A stretch of 64,000 bases of DNA from Eledone cirrhosa (GCA_964016885.1 OZ024740.1:223200001-223264000); one strand, 5' to 3'; shown: positions 39,637-52,771, counted from the stretch's first letter. Numbers and translations are program-made. Notes: a model not told the origin generated them from the sequence alone.

Positions 39637-39834
39637 ATTAACAGTTAGAATTTAATATTCTATCATACTATTTCATTATAATACCATTATATATATTTTA
39701 AAGGATTGTAAATAAAACGAGTAAATCAGACAAAGTTGGAATTCCTCTTATTAATAATCTTCTATACACAATCATCCATACCCGTGTATATTTACCTATC
39801 TATATCTATATATATATATATATATATATACATA

Positions 39835-39971
<137 letters not shown>

Positions 39972-40130
39972 ATACTTTGGGAGGGTCATGTTGCCAATAA
40001 GAAACACACGCACCAGTTGATTCACTTCAATTTATTATATATTTATAAATTTATAAATTTACAAATTTACAAACTTATAAATTTCTGGTTGGTTGGTTGG
40101 TTCCAGAACCAGATAGTTATTTATATATAT

Positions 40131-40175
40131 AGTCATAGTCCTTTCGTCACACACTCTGTGACCTCTTCAGTGACT
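40131..40175 (-). ncRNA. Type I hammerhead ribozyme
   Basis: aguca CUGAAGA g-gucac-agagugu-gugac GAAAG-ga-CUA ugacu. Stem I is 5 bp; stem II is 5 bp with one unpaired G. Confidence 0.78.
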
Positions 40176-40472
40176 GGGGATTCCTTTCTTCGTTTCTGTG
40201 CCTTTCCTTTCCTCTATCCTACGCCATTTTGTTTCTGTGTGTGTTGTGTGCTCAGTTTGCGCATGCGCCACATCCGGGTGTCTGTGTGTGTTTGTGTTCA
40301 TTTTTCTATTTTTCTATTTATATTTTTCTATTTGTTTATTTATTTATTGTTGGTTGGTTGTTTGTTCTATGTGTGTGTGTGTTTTCATTTTGTCCTGTGT
40401 GTGTTTTCATTTTATGTGTGTTTTCAATTGTAAGTTGTTTGTTCTATGTGTGTGTGTGTTTTCATTTTGTCC

Positions 40473-40996
40473 TTAATTGTAAGTTGTGATGTTGCTGTTC
40501 CACTCATATTTTCTATTTAATTTTGGTTTTAATTCTTTTATGCTTACTGCCTCTGTAATTTGCCTAAACATTGCGTCTTTTCTGTGTGTGGATTCTATTT
40601 TTATTTCTATGCTCTCTAATCTACCCCTGTGTTCTATCTTAGCATGTTGGTAGAGCACAGATGATTCTTTATTATCTTGGAGGTCTCGCCAGTGTTCATT
40701 TATTCGTTCCCCTATACTACGAGCTGTCTCACCTATGTACACTATAATTTTGTTTCTACATTGTCCTTCAGTACATCTTATGCTATACACTACATTTCTA
40801 GTTTTACAGTTAATATGGGGGCTTAATTTACAGGTTATACATTTCTTATCTATACATGAGGGTCTTTGGAACGGGTATGTCTTGCTAATAAGTGTTTTTA
40901 CGGAGGTACCAGGTCTTTCTACTATCTTAATATTGAGATTATATTTATTTAGGGCCCTTCTAAATTTGTAGGCTAGTTCGCCTCTAGGGGTTGTAT
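40473..40996 (-). pseudogene. PLE GIY-YIG endonuclease fragment
   Basis: CIDKKCITC, NCKTRNVVYSIRC, VYIGETARSIGERINEH, RQITEAVSIKELKPKLNRKYEW. Confidence 0.9.
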
Positions 40997-41195
40997 TGGA
41001 ACCAACCAACCAACCAGAAATTTATAAGTTTGTAAATTTGTAAATTTATAAATTTATAAATATATAATAAATTGAAGTGAAAGCAACTGGTGCGTGTGTT
41101 TCTTATTGGCAACATGACCCTTCCAAAGTATAACAATATCGGTTTCAACACACGATTTCAGATAAAGAATCTTGCTAAACAAATTCAGAAACGAA

Positions 41196-41800
<605 letters not shown>

Positions 41801-41848
41801 TTATTATGAAAATAAAACAAAGAAGCCTTCAATACATCAAAAGTCTTT

Positions 41849-41893
41849 ATTAGCCTACAATGTTTCGTCCTATTAAGGACTCATCAGGGCAAT
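41849..41893 (-). ncRNA. Type I hammerhead ribozyme with canonical core; no ORF nearby
   Basis: auugcc CUGAUGA gucc-uuaaua-ggac GAAAC-auu-GUA ggcuaau. It has the canonical G10.1-C11.1 pair and a GUA triplet. Confidence 0.82.
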
Positions 41894-42900
41894 CAAAACC
41901 ACAAGAAGCACTATCGGCCAATACAAGCCGAAAACTCCGAAGAATATGGAGTGTACATACACTAATGTATTGGAAGATTATGGGTAAAAATATATAATAA
42001 AATTTACTAAGGAGGTGGATTACATTTTGAACCATATTACAAATATAGTCCAAAGCAAAAAACTAGAGCTAAACAAAGGTGGTTATATAGAGCGGGAATT
42101 ATAATACTATATCTAATATAATATAATATAATATACTTGTAACAATATAAAAATTAAAATTAAAATTAAAAGGCACAATATACGTATGTATATATATACG
42201 CACATATACATATACATATACATCAATACACATTTCCATCATTAACAGCACAAATTAAATCTTATTAAGAGTTCAAATATAAATAAGCATAATAGGAATA
42301 AAAATAAAAATAATACGTATATCAAATATACTGTATAACATGAAGTAATGAAATGATTAAAAATAACACATATAATATATAATAAACTATATAATTATAT
42401 AATATATAATATAATATAATAGATAATCTCCGGTTAATTTACACAAACAATATAGATGTCACAATAACACTATAATAATAATATAATAATATATACTATA
42501 TAATGGCATGTAAGTTAACAAATCAATTCATATAGAGTTAGAGAGCAGGTGAGAAAAAAAATATAAATTGTACAATACCCAAAATTATGATGGTACAAAA
42601 ATATATAAACATCTTTCATGATATATAAAATTTAACATATCATAATGGTACATAAAATCATCGGTAAGTAACAAAGATCAATATCACATTTACAAAGAGT
42701 TGAATAACAACTTCAATATAAAATAATGAACATAATATAATATATAATTACTTATAATTACAAGGTTGGTAAACAGACACATATGTGAATGAGTCAATAA
42801 GGGCCAGACATAAAATACTATGCACAGTAGTATTAATAAATAAATAAATTTCTATAATACGAAGAGGGTGTTTAACTCCAACACGCTCCAGTATTTTAAT

Positions 42901-42974
<74 letters not shown>

Positions 42975-42982
42975 ATATATAC

Positions 42983-43015
<33 letters not shown>

Positions 43016-43132
43016 CATTCTCTCCATCTTAACATAATCGCACACACACACATAACACCCATATACACACTCACACAACTCCCTCCCCCATTTCTACTAA
43101 TAGAATCATATTCCAATACACACACACACACA

Positions 43133-43760
43133 CACAAGCACACAAATAAACATACATATCTTTACTTCAATAGAAAATCTGAACTCTGACACCCCAGCGA
43201 ATTAACCATATTCACTGAACCAGAACAATTCTCCCAATCCCATTTCTCTTGACCACTATCTTTCCCTTGTCATAAAATTCTCTATAAAGGCTACAGAATA
43301 GATTTCCAAATAAGGGCGCAAAAATGTAATGAAAACTTGTTCACGTGACAGCCAAATTTCATTTATAACCAATCAAATCACTTTATTTAAAAAAAGCCTT
43401 CGTGAGCCACCTTTTTTTTAAGTAAAGAAATTCAAACACACTCACAACACACACACAAGCACACAAATAAACATACATATCTTTACTTTCTTTATTCAAT
43501 AGAAAATCTGAATTCTGGCACCCCAGCGAACTAACCATATTCACTGAACCAGAACAATTCTCCCATGCCTTTCTCTTGACCATTATCATTAACTTATCAT
43601 AAAATTCTCTAAAAAGGCTACAGAATAGATTTCCAAATAAGGGCACGTAAATTTAATGAAAACTTGTTCACGTGACAGCCATAATTTCATTTGTAACCAA
43701 CCCCCAAAAAGCCTTTGTGAGCTCCTTTTTTCAAGTAAAAAGAAATTCAAACATTCATAT
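43133..43760. repeat. Diverged direct tandem duplication, ~320-bp period
   Basis: ACACAAGCACACAAATAAA..CAATAGAAAATCTGAA..CACCCCAGCGAA..GGCTACAGAATAGATTTCCAAATAAGGGC..TTCACGTGACAGCC at ~43133 and ~43453. Confidence 0.85.
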
Positions 43761-44141
43761 ATGAAAAAACAACCTGTGACAACCGCCCTCTCTTATTTGA
43801 AGAACTATTGTAACGCGAACTGGCGCGAAATTTATTATAATTATTGACAAACCAATCAAATTACTTCTCGAAAAACCTAGCATTTCGAGCCACTTTTTCC
43901 ATATAAAACAAGTAACATTCAGAGACCAACCAGATGTGAGAAAAACCACAGACCCTCCATCTCAACTCACCTTTTGAAAAGCAGAAGAAGTGCAAAACCG
44001 GTAAAGGAACCAAATAAATATATATATTTTAAAAAAAAATAAGACTCCAGTTGCATTTTCGATTCCATCTCTTTTTCTTTATACTTTCACTCGTGTAGGA
44101 CACCTCGGTTATTTTCAATTTGTAAAAAAAAAACTATATAA

Positions 44142-44196
<55 letters not shown>

Positions 44197-44426
44197 CAAA
44201 TATATACATATATATATATATGGGAGGAGGTTATAGTTCACTTGAAGCATTGTGTAATGAGGTATAAACGTTTGAATATGTGTAATAAAGCCAAAACAAT
44301 GCAGGTATGGACATAGAAAAAAGAATGCAATTGTAAAAGATATTGTTGACAATTCGTCCTTTACCTTGAATTTATTTAAATGTCCTTAATTTTCGAGATA
44401 ATATCTCTTCTTCGGAGGGAAATAAT

Positions 44427-44609
44427 TGTTTCTACTTTAGGCACAAGGCCAGCAATTACCCAGTGCATTACTGGTACTTTTATTTTATCGACCCCGTAAG
44501 GATGAAAGGCAAAGTCAACCTCGGCGGGATTTGAACTCAGATCGTAAAGGGACGTAACTATGCTGGAAAGCATGGTGTTCGACCCTCTACCGATACTGCC
44601 AATCCATTG
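44427..44609 (-). mobile_element. tRNA-derived SINE with a 17-bp TSD
   Basis: Minus strand has an A-box-like TGGCAGTATCGG and B-box GAGTTCAAATCC. Central domain reads ATCGACCCC..GGATGAAAGGCAAAGTC on the plus strand. CTTCGGAGGGAAATAAT lies at 44410-44426 and 44610-44626. Confidence 0.88.
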
Positions 44610-45005
44610 CTTCGGAGGGAAATAATGGTCTCAAACCAGCGCTCTAAATATCTAGCCAAGCCATGCTGACAGGAAATAGTATCGAGTATCTGTTCTATCT
44701 CTAATATCAAAGAATTAAAATTAGGTGGATAAAGAGTAGTCTCCCTTTAAAAGGGGTTTGTTTAGGGGTTTTTTTGTTTTTATTTTATATACATGCCTGT
44801 ATAAGTGTGTGGGAGAATGCATGAAGGTGTAGGTATGTGGGTGTGTGTGTGTGAGTGTGAGAAGATAGGTCTATTCGTAAATGTGGGGGGTAGGTGTTAT
44901 CTGGTGTTAGAACTGGTTTTGTGTGTGTATGTGTGAGAGAGAATAAGTGGAGGTGTAAGCGTGTGTGTGTGCGTGGGGTGTGTAAATATGGGGCTAGAGG
45001 CCCTA

Positions 45006-47350
45006 TCAGGTTATAAATTGGGTGTTGAGTTCTAGTCTATTATTGATTGGTGGGTGTGTTTTATCTATAATTAGTGCTTCCTTAATTCTAAGATTGCCGA
45101 GGTTTCTTTCCTTAGTTTCTATCCTAACTGTTATGGTTTTGTCGGTGTTTTTGCATTTAACTAGGTGTTTCTTAAATGAGGAAGCGTTAGTATTGATGTG
45201 TTCTTTTATTCTTATGTGGAGTGGTCTGGTGGTGCTACCTACGTAGAAGTTGTTGCATTTGTCACACTCTAGTCTGTATACGACGTAAGCCTGGTGGCAT
45301 AGGTCTGTGTCAGTTGGCTAGTCTGCAGCAGTTGTCATGTCTGGTGGAGTGTCTCTTGGCCAGCCGTCCGCGCAGAGAAGGACCCGAGTGGGCCAGTTGG
45401 ATATCCAGTCCCTCTCGTCTGATGGCTCTGCGGATGCCTGTTGTTTCTTCACTGAAGTGTGGGAGCTTCAGGAAGCAAGTGTTAGTGCCTCGGGTGTGGT
45501 GTCCTCTGTTCTTTCTGGCACGGTTTGTGGTGGATGTCGTGTATCTGTTCAGTTTGAGTACTTCCAGCAAATGTGTGGTGTGTGTGTCTCGGTCTCTAGC
45601 GTCGGTGCATTTGTTCCTGATACGTGCCAGTTCGTTCCTTATGTATCCGAACTTGGCACCGAGTGGGAGGGCCGATCTGAAATGTACGAACAGGTCCCTG
45701 CTGGCGGATTTTTTATAGAAGCAGGTGTGGATGTTGCCTTCCTCTGTTACCCTGAGTTGGAAGTCCAGTAGGGATAAGGATCCGCGGTCATCGGGGTGTT
45801 CCATGCTGAACTTTATACTGGCGTCCATGCTGGAGAATGTTGTGTATATTTTATCTGCCTCCTCACGGGATGATGTAAGGATGAGTATGTCATCTACATA
45901 TCGGGTGAAGAAGGCATGGGAATGGCAGGTGTTGAGGGCTCGGCATTCTAGCTGGTTCATGTAGGTGATGGCCAGCAGGCCCGATAGGCTGGATCCCATG
46001 GGTAATCCTGTTGTCTGTCTGTATGTGTGGTGGTGGAAGGTGAAGTACGTGTTGTCTACTGTGAAGGACAAAAGCTGGTGTATGTCCGTCGGGTGGAGGC
46101 CGTAGCAGTGGTGTCCTCTGCGACCACGCAGTCCGTCAATAAATCGACAGCTGGATGAGCGGGGACTGTAGTGTAGAGGGAGACAACGTCGAGGCTAAAA
46201 GCGTATTTATTTAGTTTAAGTTGTTCTGGCTGGAGTTGGTGTAGTCTACATATAACTTCGTCGGAGCTACTGACATGCCCGGGGAAGGTGGAGAGTAGAG
46301 GCTTGAGGACCTGGGAGAGAAGCCAGGAAATTTTGTATAGGGGTCCTTCTATGCTAGAGACGATGGGTCTTGTTTGCGTCTTAGTACTATTCTTGTGGGT
46401 CTTGATGAGGTGGTAGAAAGTGGGCAGTCTGCTATTTCTAGTGGTGTAGTTGAGCTTAACTTTATTTGGGAGTTGTCTTCTCCTACAGATATCGAACCAA
46501 ATGGAGTTGGTCTGTTTTTCGATCTGGGCTGCAGTCATGTCCGGGATCACTGTGTATAATTCACTGTCGCTTAGGTGTTCGAAGGCTAGGTTATTGTATG
46601 TGGCTTGAGAGATGACGCAAAACTCTTTACCTTTGTCGGATGGTAAGTAAATAAGTTCCCTATTCCGTAGGTTCTTCAGGGCGAGTTGTTGTGTCCTGGA
46701 GAGGTTTGGGGCCATCTTCTTCTGTTTCCGTAAGATGTTAAATACGGAATGTTTTAGTCTCGAGAGTTTTTCTTCAAGATCGTGGTTGGCAGGCGGTGGA
46801 TAGAGTGGGCGATCTAGTTGGTATATCGGGAATCTGGGTTTGATGGATTCCGTGGTGTTGTTGTCGAGAGTCAATATCCATTTCAGTTGGTAGGCAGCCC
46901 GACAGAAATTCGTTTCTATGTCGAGCCATAGTCTGTCGTCCAGTCTCTGTTTCAATATGAACTTGGGACCCAGGCTGAGGAGGTCTAATTCCTCTCGGGA
47001 GAGGGATCCTGTCAAGTCTGTGACGAGGTGTTTTACGTCAGGTGTGTTGTTGGTCGGGGCGCCGCTAGGTTCGGTGTTGGTAACGTCTTGTTCGCCTCTG
47101 TTGGTGTTTAGAGTTGGGATGTTGTTAAGACAGTTGGCCGTCCTGAGTTTGAGAAATTTTTGCGTTAGACGTATTTTCTCGTAGTCTCGACGGTGGTGGT
47201 ATGACCTGTGTATAGTGGCGGAGATGACTCTGGACAGAGGTTCTGGGGTTTCAGCGAGTTGTGGTACAAGGATGGAAATAGTCCGTATGTGATGCTGTAG
47301 CGTGCGGTGTAGGTGTTGTATGAGTTTTCTTAGGCAGAATTTTTGTATGT
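45006..47350 (-). mobile_element. Third PLE family: near full-length ORF (N-terminus, RT, GIY-YIG) with two frameshifts
   Basis: LSLGPKF, PSDKGK, FYHLIKTHK, RPIVS, FSLDVVSLYT, YRQTTGLPMGSSLS, TRYVDD and LSLLD. After a shift near 45310 it reads VVYRLECDKCNNFYVGSTTRPLHIRIKEH...RIKEALII...INNRLE, with the stop at 45006-45008. Confidence 0.93.
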
Positions 47351-47680
47351 AACTATTTCAGAGCTCCAATTCTAATTTTTTATTTCTGCCTGACCAACAA
47401 CCGCTCAGCATAATCAGCTCCTATTTATTTACTAGATTTCTATAAGAATATAACATCAATGATCTCAGTAGACAGGTGGGGTAGTTGGCCTTGATAAGCT
47501 TCAACCAAAGCGAAACAAGTCTTGTCGGCTTATCTCCCCTGTTTGCTGAGCTCAAAGTGAGTGAATTTGTCACTACTTTAAAACAATAGCTTACGGTCTT
47601 CACAATGCTTTTAATTAAGCATAAAGTGTATTGCAAAATACATTATATATACATATATATATATATATTTATATACACAC

Positions 47681-47711
<31 letters not shown>

Positions 47712-47764
47712 TATATATATCTATATATATATATATATATACACACATATATATATATATATAT

Positions 47765-47899
<135 letters not shown>

Positions 47900-47903
47900 T
47901 ATA

Positions 47904-48210
47904 CTAGAAGAAGTGCCCGGCGTTGCTCGGGGCTGAATTGCTTGAAAGTACTGTTAATGATTGCACTGAATTATGATTATTCAGGCAAAGATTGATATAA
48001 CTTTACGCCGAATGAATCCATTTGTAAGTGTATAGAAAGCCCTGTAAAGGGGTTCCTACACCCTCGTAGAATGGTGTAAGAATTGAGTGTTTGTATGTGT
48101 TTGCAAATAAATAAATCAGTTTGAAGACTCACATTTAGAATAAACGAAATTGTACGTTAATGTGGCTAATGTTTTTGTTGTTTAGTCTGTAAAGTGTATG
48201 AGTTGAAATA
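47904..48210 (-). mobile_element. Helitron-type 3' terminus (non-autonomous fragment)
   Basis: Minus strand reads CCCGAGCAACGCCGGG (hairpin), then CACTTCTT, CTAG and a T. The far boundary is only inferred from where (TA)n resumes. Confidence 0.65.
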
Positions 48211-48564
48211 TTATGTATATATATTATGTATATCATCATCATCATCATCATCATATATATATGTATATATATGTATATATATATATTAAGTGTATATATA
48301 TATTATGTATATATATATATTATGTATATATATATATTATGTATATATATATATATTATGTATATATATATATTTTTATATATTATGTGTATATATATAT
48401 ATATTATGTGTATATATATATATATTATGTGTATATATATATATATTATGTATATATATATATATATGTATATATATGTAGGAGGTGAGTTTTATTGTAG
48501 TACAATAAAGCAATGCAGATATCGGATAAGAAGCACTCTACAGTTTGTAGGACTGGAGTATACA

Positions 48565-48911
48565 TAATATAAGATCAAAAGATAGTTAAAGGAGTTCCAT
48601 GTATTTTATTATGCGCATTTCAAAAACAAACATCATCAGGTAATAATATTTGTGTTTTCATCAGATAAAACAGAACATGATATGAAGGCTAAAAAACACT
48701 TGTGGATAGTGCAGTTTTAAATCAACATGTTGATTAAATCAATATGTTGATTTAAAACTGCACTATCCACAAGTGTTTTTTAGCCTTCATATCATGTTCT
48801 CCTGTTTTATCTGATGAAAACACAAATATTATTGCATGATGATGTTTGTTTTTGAAATGCGCATAATAAAATACATGGAACTCCTTTAACCATCTTTTGA
48901 TCTTATATTAT
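48565..48911. repeat. Nearly spacerless palindrome, ~170-bp arms
   Basis: ATAATATAAGATCAAAAGAT...GTGCAGTTTTAAATCAAC is mirrored around ~48736. Confidence 0.92.
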
Positions 48912-49201
48912 ATGTATATATATATATTTTGTATATATTATGTGCATATATATAAATATTATGTATTTAGGTTTGAAGGTTCACCACTGGATAGAGCTGG
49001 TCAATTCCGTATGGTCAGTCTTGATGTAATAATATGGAGAGTACTCAACGTAAAGCAGCTCAACCGTCTTCGTTTGTGTAGTTGGTGGTGCGAGTACGGA
49101 GTTAAATATTACAATACATTGAAATGATCATAGTATAATAAACCTTTCAAGGATTTACACAAATCCAGCCTCCTGTTATTTTATTATTATATTATATATA
49201 T

Positions 49202-49243
<42 letters not shown>

Positions 49244-49355
49244 GTATATATATTATGTATATATATATATATATATATTATGTATATATATTATGTATAT
49301 ATATATATATATATTATGTATATATATTATGTATATATATATATTATGTATATTA

Positions 49356-50253
49356 ATCAGAGTGCGAATTGATCTAGACGAAATGCAGTTCGGGTTTGTG
49401 TCAGGTAAAAGTAAAACAGACGCTCTTTTCATTGTACGACAACTACAGGAGAAGTACCTAGCCAAAAGTAAACTCCTATACTTAGCTTCTGTTGACTTGG
49501 AGAAAGCCTTTGACAGAGTACCCCGCTCGTGGGGACTTAGAAAACTAGGTGTTGATGAATGGCTTGCGAGAGCTATACAAGCCATGTATAAAGAAACAGT
49601 CAGCAAGGTTATAATTAACAACGAAGATAGTGAAGAGTTTAGCGTAAAAGTTGGTGTTCATCAGGGCTCCGTCCTTAACCCCCTACTATTTATTATTGCC
49701 TTTCAGGCTATAACAGAGGAGTTCAAGACCGGCTGCCCATGGGAATTTCTATACGCAGATGATCTAAGGCTCATAGCTGAATCAATGGCTGAACTAGAGA
49801 ATAAATTCCAAACATGGAAGCATAGCCTAGAATCAAAAGGCCTTAAAATTAACCTGTCTAAGACTAAAGTTCTAGTTTGTAGGAAGGAAAGTTGGGCACT
49901 GGTCCCATCTGAGAAATGGCCATGCTCGGTGTGTAGGAAAGGAATAGGCAGAGACTCCATTTTATGTCCCAAATGCAACGTATGGGTGCATAAAAGATGT
50001 AGTGGGATCACAGGTAAGCTAACTAAGAATATAGATTTTATATGTGGCCGGTGCTCTGGTGCAATAAGTAGCAGCAAGTGCCCACAGCATATTAGCTCAT
50101 TCCATTGCACAGATGGTTCTATAGAAATAGTGGACACCTTCCATTACCTGGTTGACAAAATCAGCAGTGGCGGAGGTTGCTCCAAAGTACAGTAACTAGA
50201 GTCAGAACGGCATGGAAGAAGTTCAGAGAGCTTATAACACTATTGGCCGCTAG
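49356..50253 (+). pseudogene. RTE-clade LINE RT fragment with an internal PHD-type zinc finger
   Basis: MQFGF, DALFIVRQLQEKY, VDLEKAFDRVPR, GVHQGSVLNPLLF, LYADDL, GLKINLSKTKV, a C4HC3 cluster, then RVRTAWKKFREL after a frameshift. Confidence 0.92.
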
Positions 50254-50279
50254 AAATAGCTTGGAAAATTCCAAGCTAT

Positions 50280-50377
50280 TTCTGTGTTGAGATGTCACCA
50301 GTGACAGAGGAACATTTTGTATAAATCCATTATTATCAATGTCTTAAGTAAATCAGATAGACTAAGATCCATATATA
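50280..50377 (+). repeat. 98-bp exact copy of 54632-54729
   Basis: TTCTGTGTTGAGATGTCACC...GACTAAGATCCATATATA is identical at both places by eye. Confidence 0.9.
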
Positions 50378-50479
50378 CATAATATATATATATATATATA
50401 CACATATATATATACATAATATATATATACATACATATATATATACATAATATATATATACATAATATATATATACATA

Positions 50480-50510
<31 letters not shown>

Positions 50511-50556
50511 ATATATATATACATAATATATATATATACATAATATATATATATAC

Positions 50557-50592
<36 letters not shown>

Positions 50593-50843
50593 ATATATAT
50601 ATACATAATATATATATTCATAATATATACACACATAATATATATATTCATAATATATACATAATATATACATAATATATATATATATACATAATATTTA
50701 TTTTATTATATATATTCCAAGGGTACTAAAATTTTTTGTACGCTATCATCAGATAAATCACGAAGTGTGTTTTATAAATTTTGACATAACGAAGGAGAAT
50801 ATACCTTTCCGGTTCAAGTTATCCCTGGATAGTAATATATATA

Positions 50844-50995
50844 TGCGGAGGTGGTAACGTCAGTCCTAAGATCACTGAAACTCACCGAGCAGATGACGAA
50901 GGACCTTGCCAAGTGGAGAGATGCTGTGCTGAATAGGACTCGCTCAACCCTTGCAAGCATGGAATAGCGAACGTAAAATAATGATGATGATGATA
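50844..50995 (+). mobile_element. RTE LINE extreme 3' end
   Basis: AEVVTSVLRSLKLTEQMTKDLAKWRDAVLNRTR, then CCCTTGCAAGCATGGAA and a (GAT)n tail. Confidence 0.78.
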
Positions 50996-51281
50996 TATAT
51001 ATATATTTTATTTTTTCCTGCAAAATGGCTGATTGAATGTACATGTGCTTTTTCTCAACTTTTTCCCAAAATATGTTTTTCCAATCCTTCCTCCTCTCAC
51101 TCTCTATTTTTCTATTTCATGTTTTATTTCTCATTCTATTTTCAGATGATAGACTAATGTCCAAAACGTCAAGGCTCTTTTCCTACTATATCATGAATTC
51201 AACTCACATATTTCTTCATTGTATTGAGTTGTTTGCATTGTTGTTTCCATTTACTTTTGTATATATATTTATATATATATC

Positions 51282-51555
51282 AGACCGGGTGATGTGTTGT
51301 TTCCTTGAGCAAGAGACTTTATTTCACATTGCTCCAGTTTACTCAGCTGTAGAAATGAGATGATAGGGAATGGGGTCTCTATCATTCCACTGCAAAGTGG
51401 TCGTGGAGGTGCCACGGCAAAAAAGCACCCAGCACTCACTGTAAATGAGGTTGGTGTTAGGAAGGGCATCCGGCTGTAGAAATCAAGCCAGAATCAGTTC
51501 CCGTCCCACCCTTGCAAGCAGGGAAAAGCGGACGTACAATGAAATGAAATGAAAA
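51282..51555 (+). mobile_element. SINE remnant with RTE-derived tail
   Basis: GTGTTGTTTCCTTGAGCAAG..CACATTGCTCCAG..ACTCAGCTG, then AAAAGCACCCAG..GGAAGGGCATCCGGCTGTAGAAA (shared with 1-546) and a (GAAAT)n tail. Confidence 0.65.
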
Positions 51556-52771
51556 AAATGATATGTAATAAACAACATAAGATAACCATTTCATTCACCA
51601 ACGGTTTCCTGAAGACAGGCACCTACGACTGTCCTTATCCACCAGAAGAAACATTTATTTAAGCATTAAATTTATATTAAATTTAAGATTAAATAAATAC
51701 TTCCTCCGACGAATGAAGACAAACCCAAGCATCCATCTTCAAGAAACCACTGGTAAATGAAACAACCATCCTATGTTGTTTATTACATAACTAAAAACTC
51801 TGTAGCCTACATAGAGCACGGTTTTCCTTTACCTTTCCTACGGAAATACTTCATTTATATATATTTATATATAGACACACACACACACAAACATTTTTAT
51901 TCAACTATATATACTCACACAACTAGACATATAACCATATAAATAGATATAAATACATATATTTATATAAGTACTTATATTTACATATATATGTTCACAC
52001 ACACACACAGCATCCTATAAATTCACCCGAAGTTCAATAAAATGAATAGAAATGAAAGCTTAGAAAATATCAATCATTTCTAGTTATTTTCATTTACTTC
52101 AAATGCCCATCGTTCCTTACTTTTTTCCTTAGTGCTTTCCATTCACAAAGATAGGAATCTATAAATAAATTGAACAAAGTGTATATTGGTACGTAAAAAA
52201 ATAAACACCCACACAAGCTAGAAAATATGGATTATATGTTGCCCCATATAACTCTAAGATGTTAAATCAGAATATATACAGTTTTCCTTTTTGTTTTATT
52301 AGTTATAGAACTTAAATGTAGCAGAAGTTATAGAATATATTTATTTATTAGTATTATAAAACTTTCTTCTCTCCTCATAAATAAAAATCACACACAAAAT
52401 AAGTTTCCCCTCTATTTTCTAGAGGCAATTAATGTTCAATATAAATTTGAACAATATACGTTGGCTTTAAAATTCATCAGTTCATTTAACATTGCCTGTG
52501 GCATCTAAAATCTAACATAACTGTTTTTATTTCAATGATCTTTCTGTGCTTTATTATTATTATGCAAGATAACGTTTGTATTATGACGAAGGGTGGATGG
52601 GTGATAGAATTTATATTATTGAAACTGAAAATAAATAGGTAACAAAAAGTATGTGTTAAAATAAAAGTACTGTTTTTTTTATCCCAAGAATTTTTATCTA
52701 TTTTCCTATGCTTGCCATTGGTAAATAGCTTGGAAAATTCACCAAAAGTTTACACGAATTGTTTTAAAGTT

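Larger units (their letters stand above)
38500..39754 (+). mobile_element. Penelope-like element, 5'-truncated copy, head-to-head with the minus-strand copy
   Basis: RT C-terminus, linker and GIY-YIG ORF, then a 3' UTR with (CAA)n and a hammerhead-bearing pseudo-LTR. Confidence 0.93.

Noticed and set aside
45022-47184. Plus-strand ORFs over the PLE, and similar antisense ORFs at 11586-12609 and 49253-50137
   Set aside because: They are antisense shadows of retroelement coding sequence.
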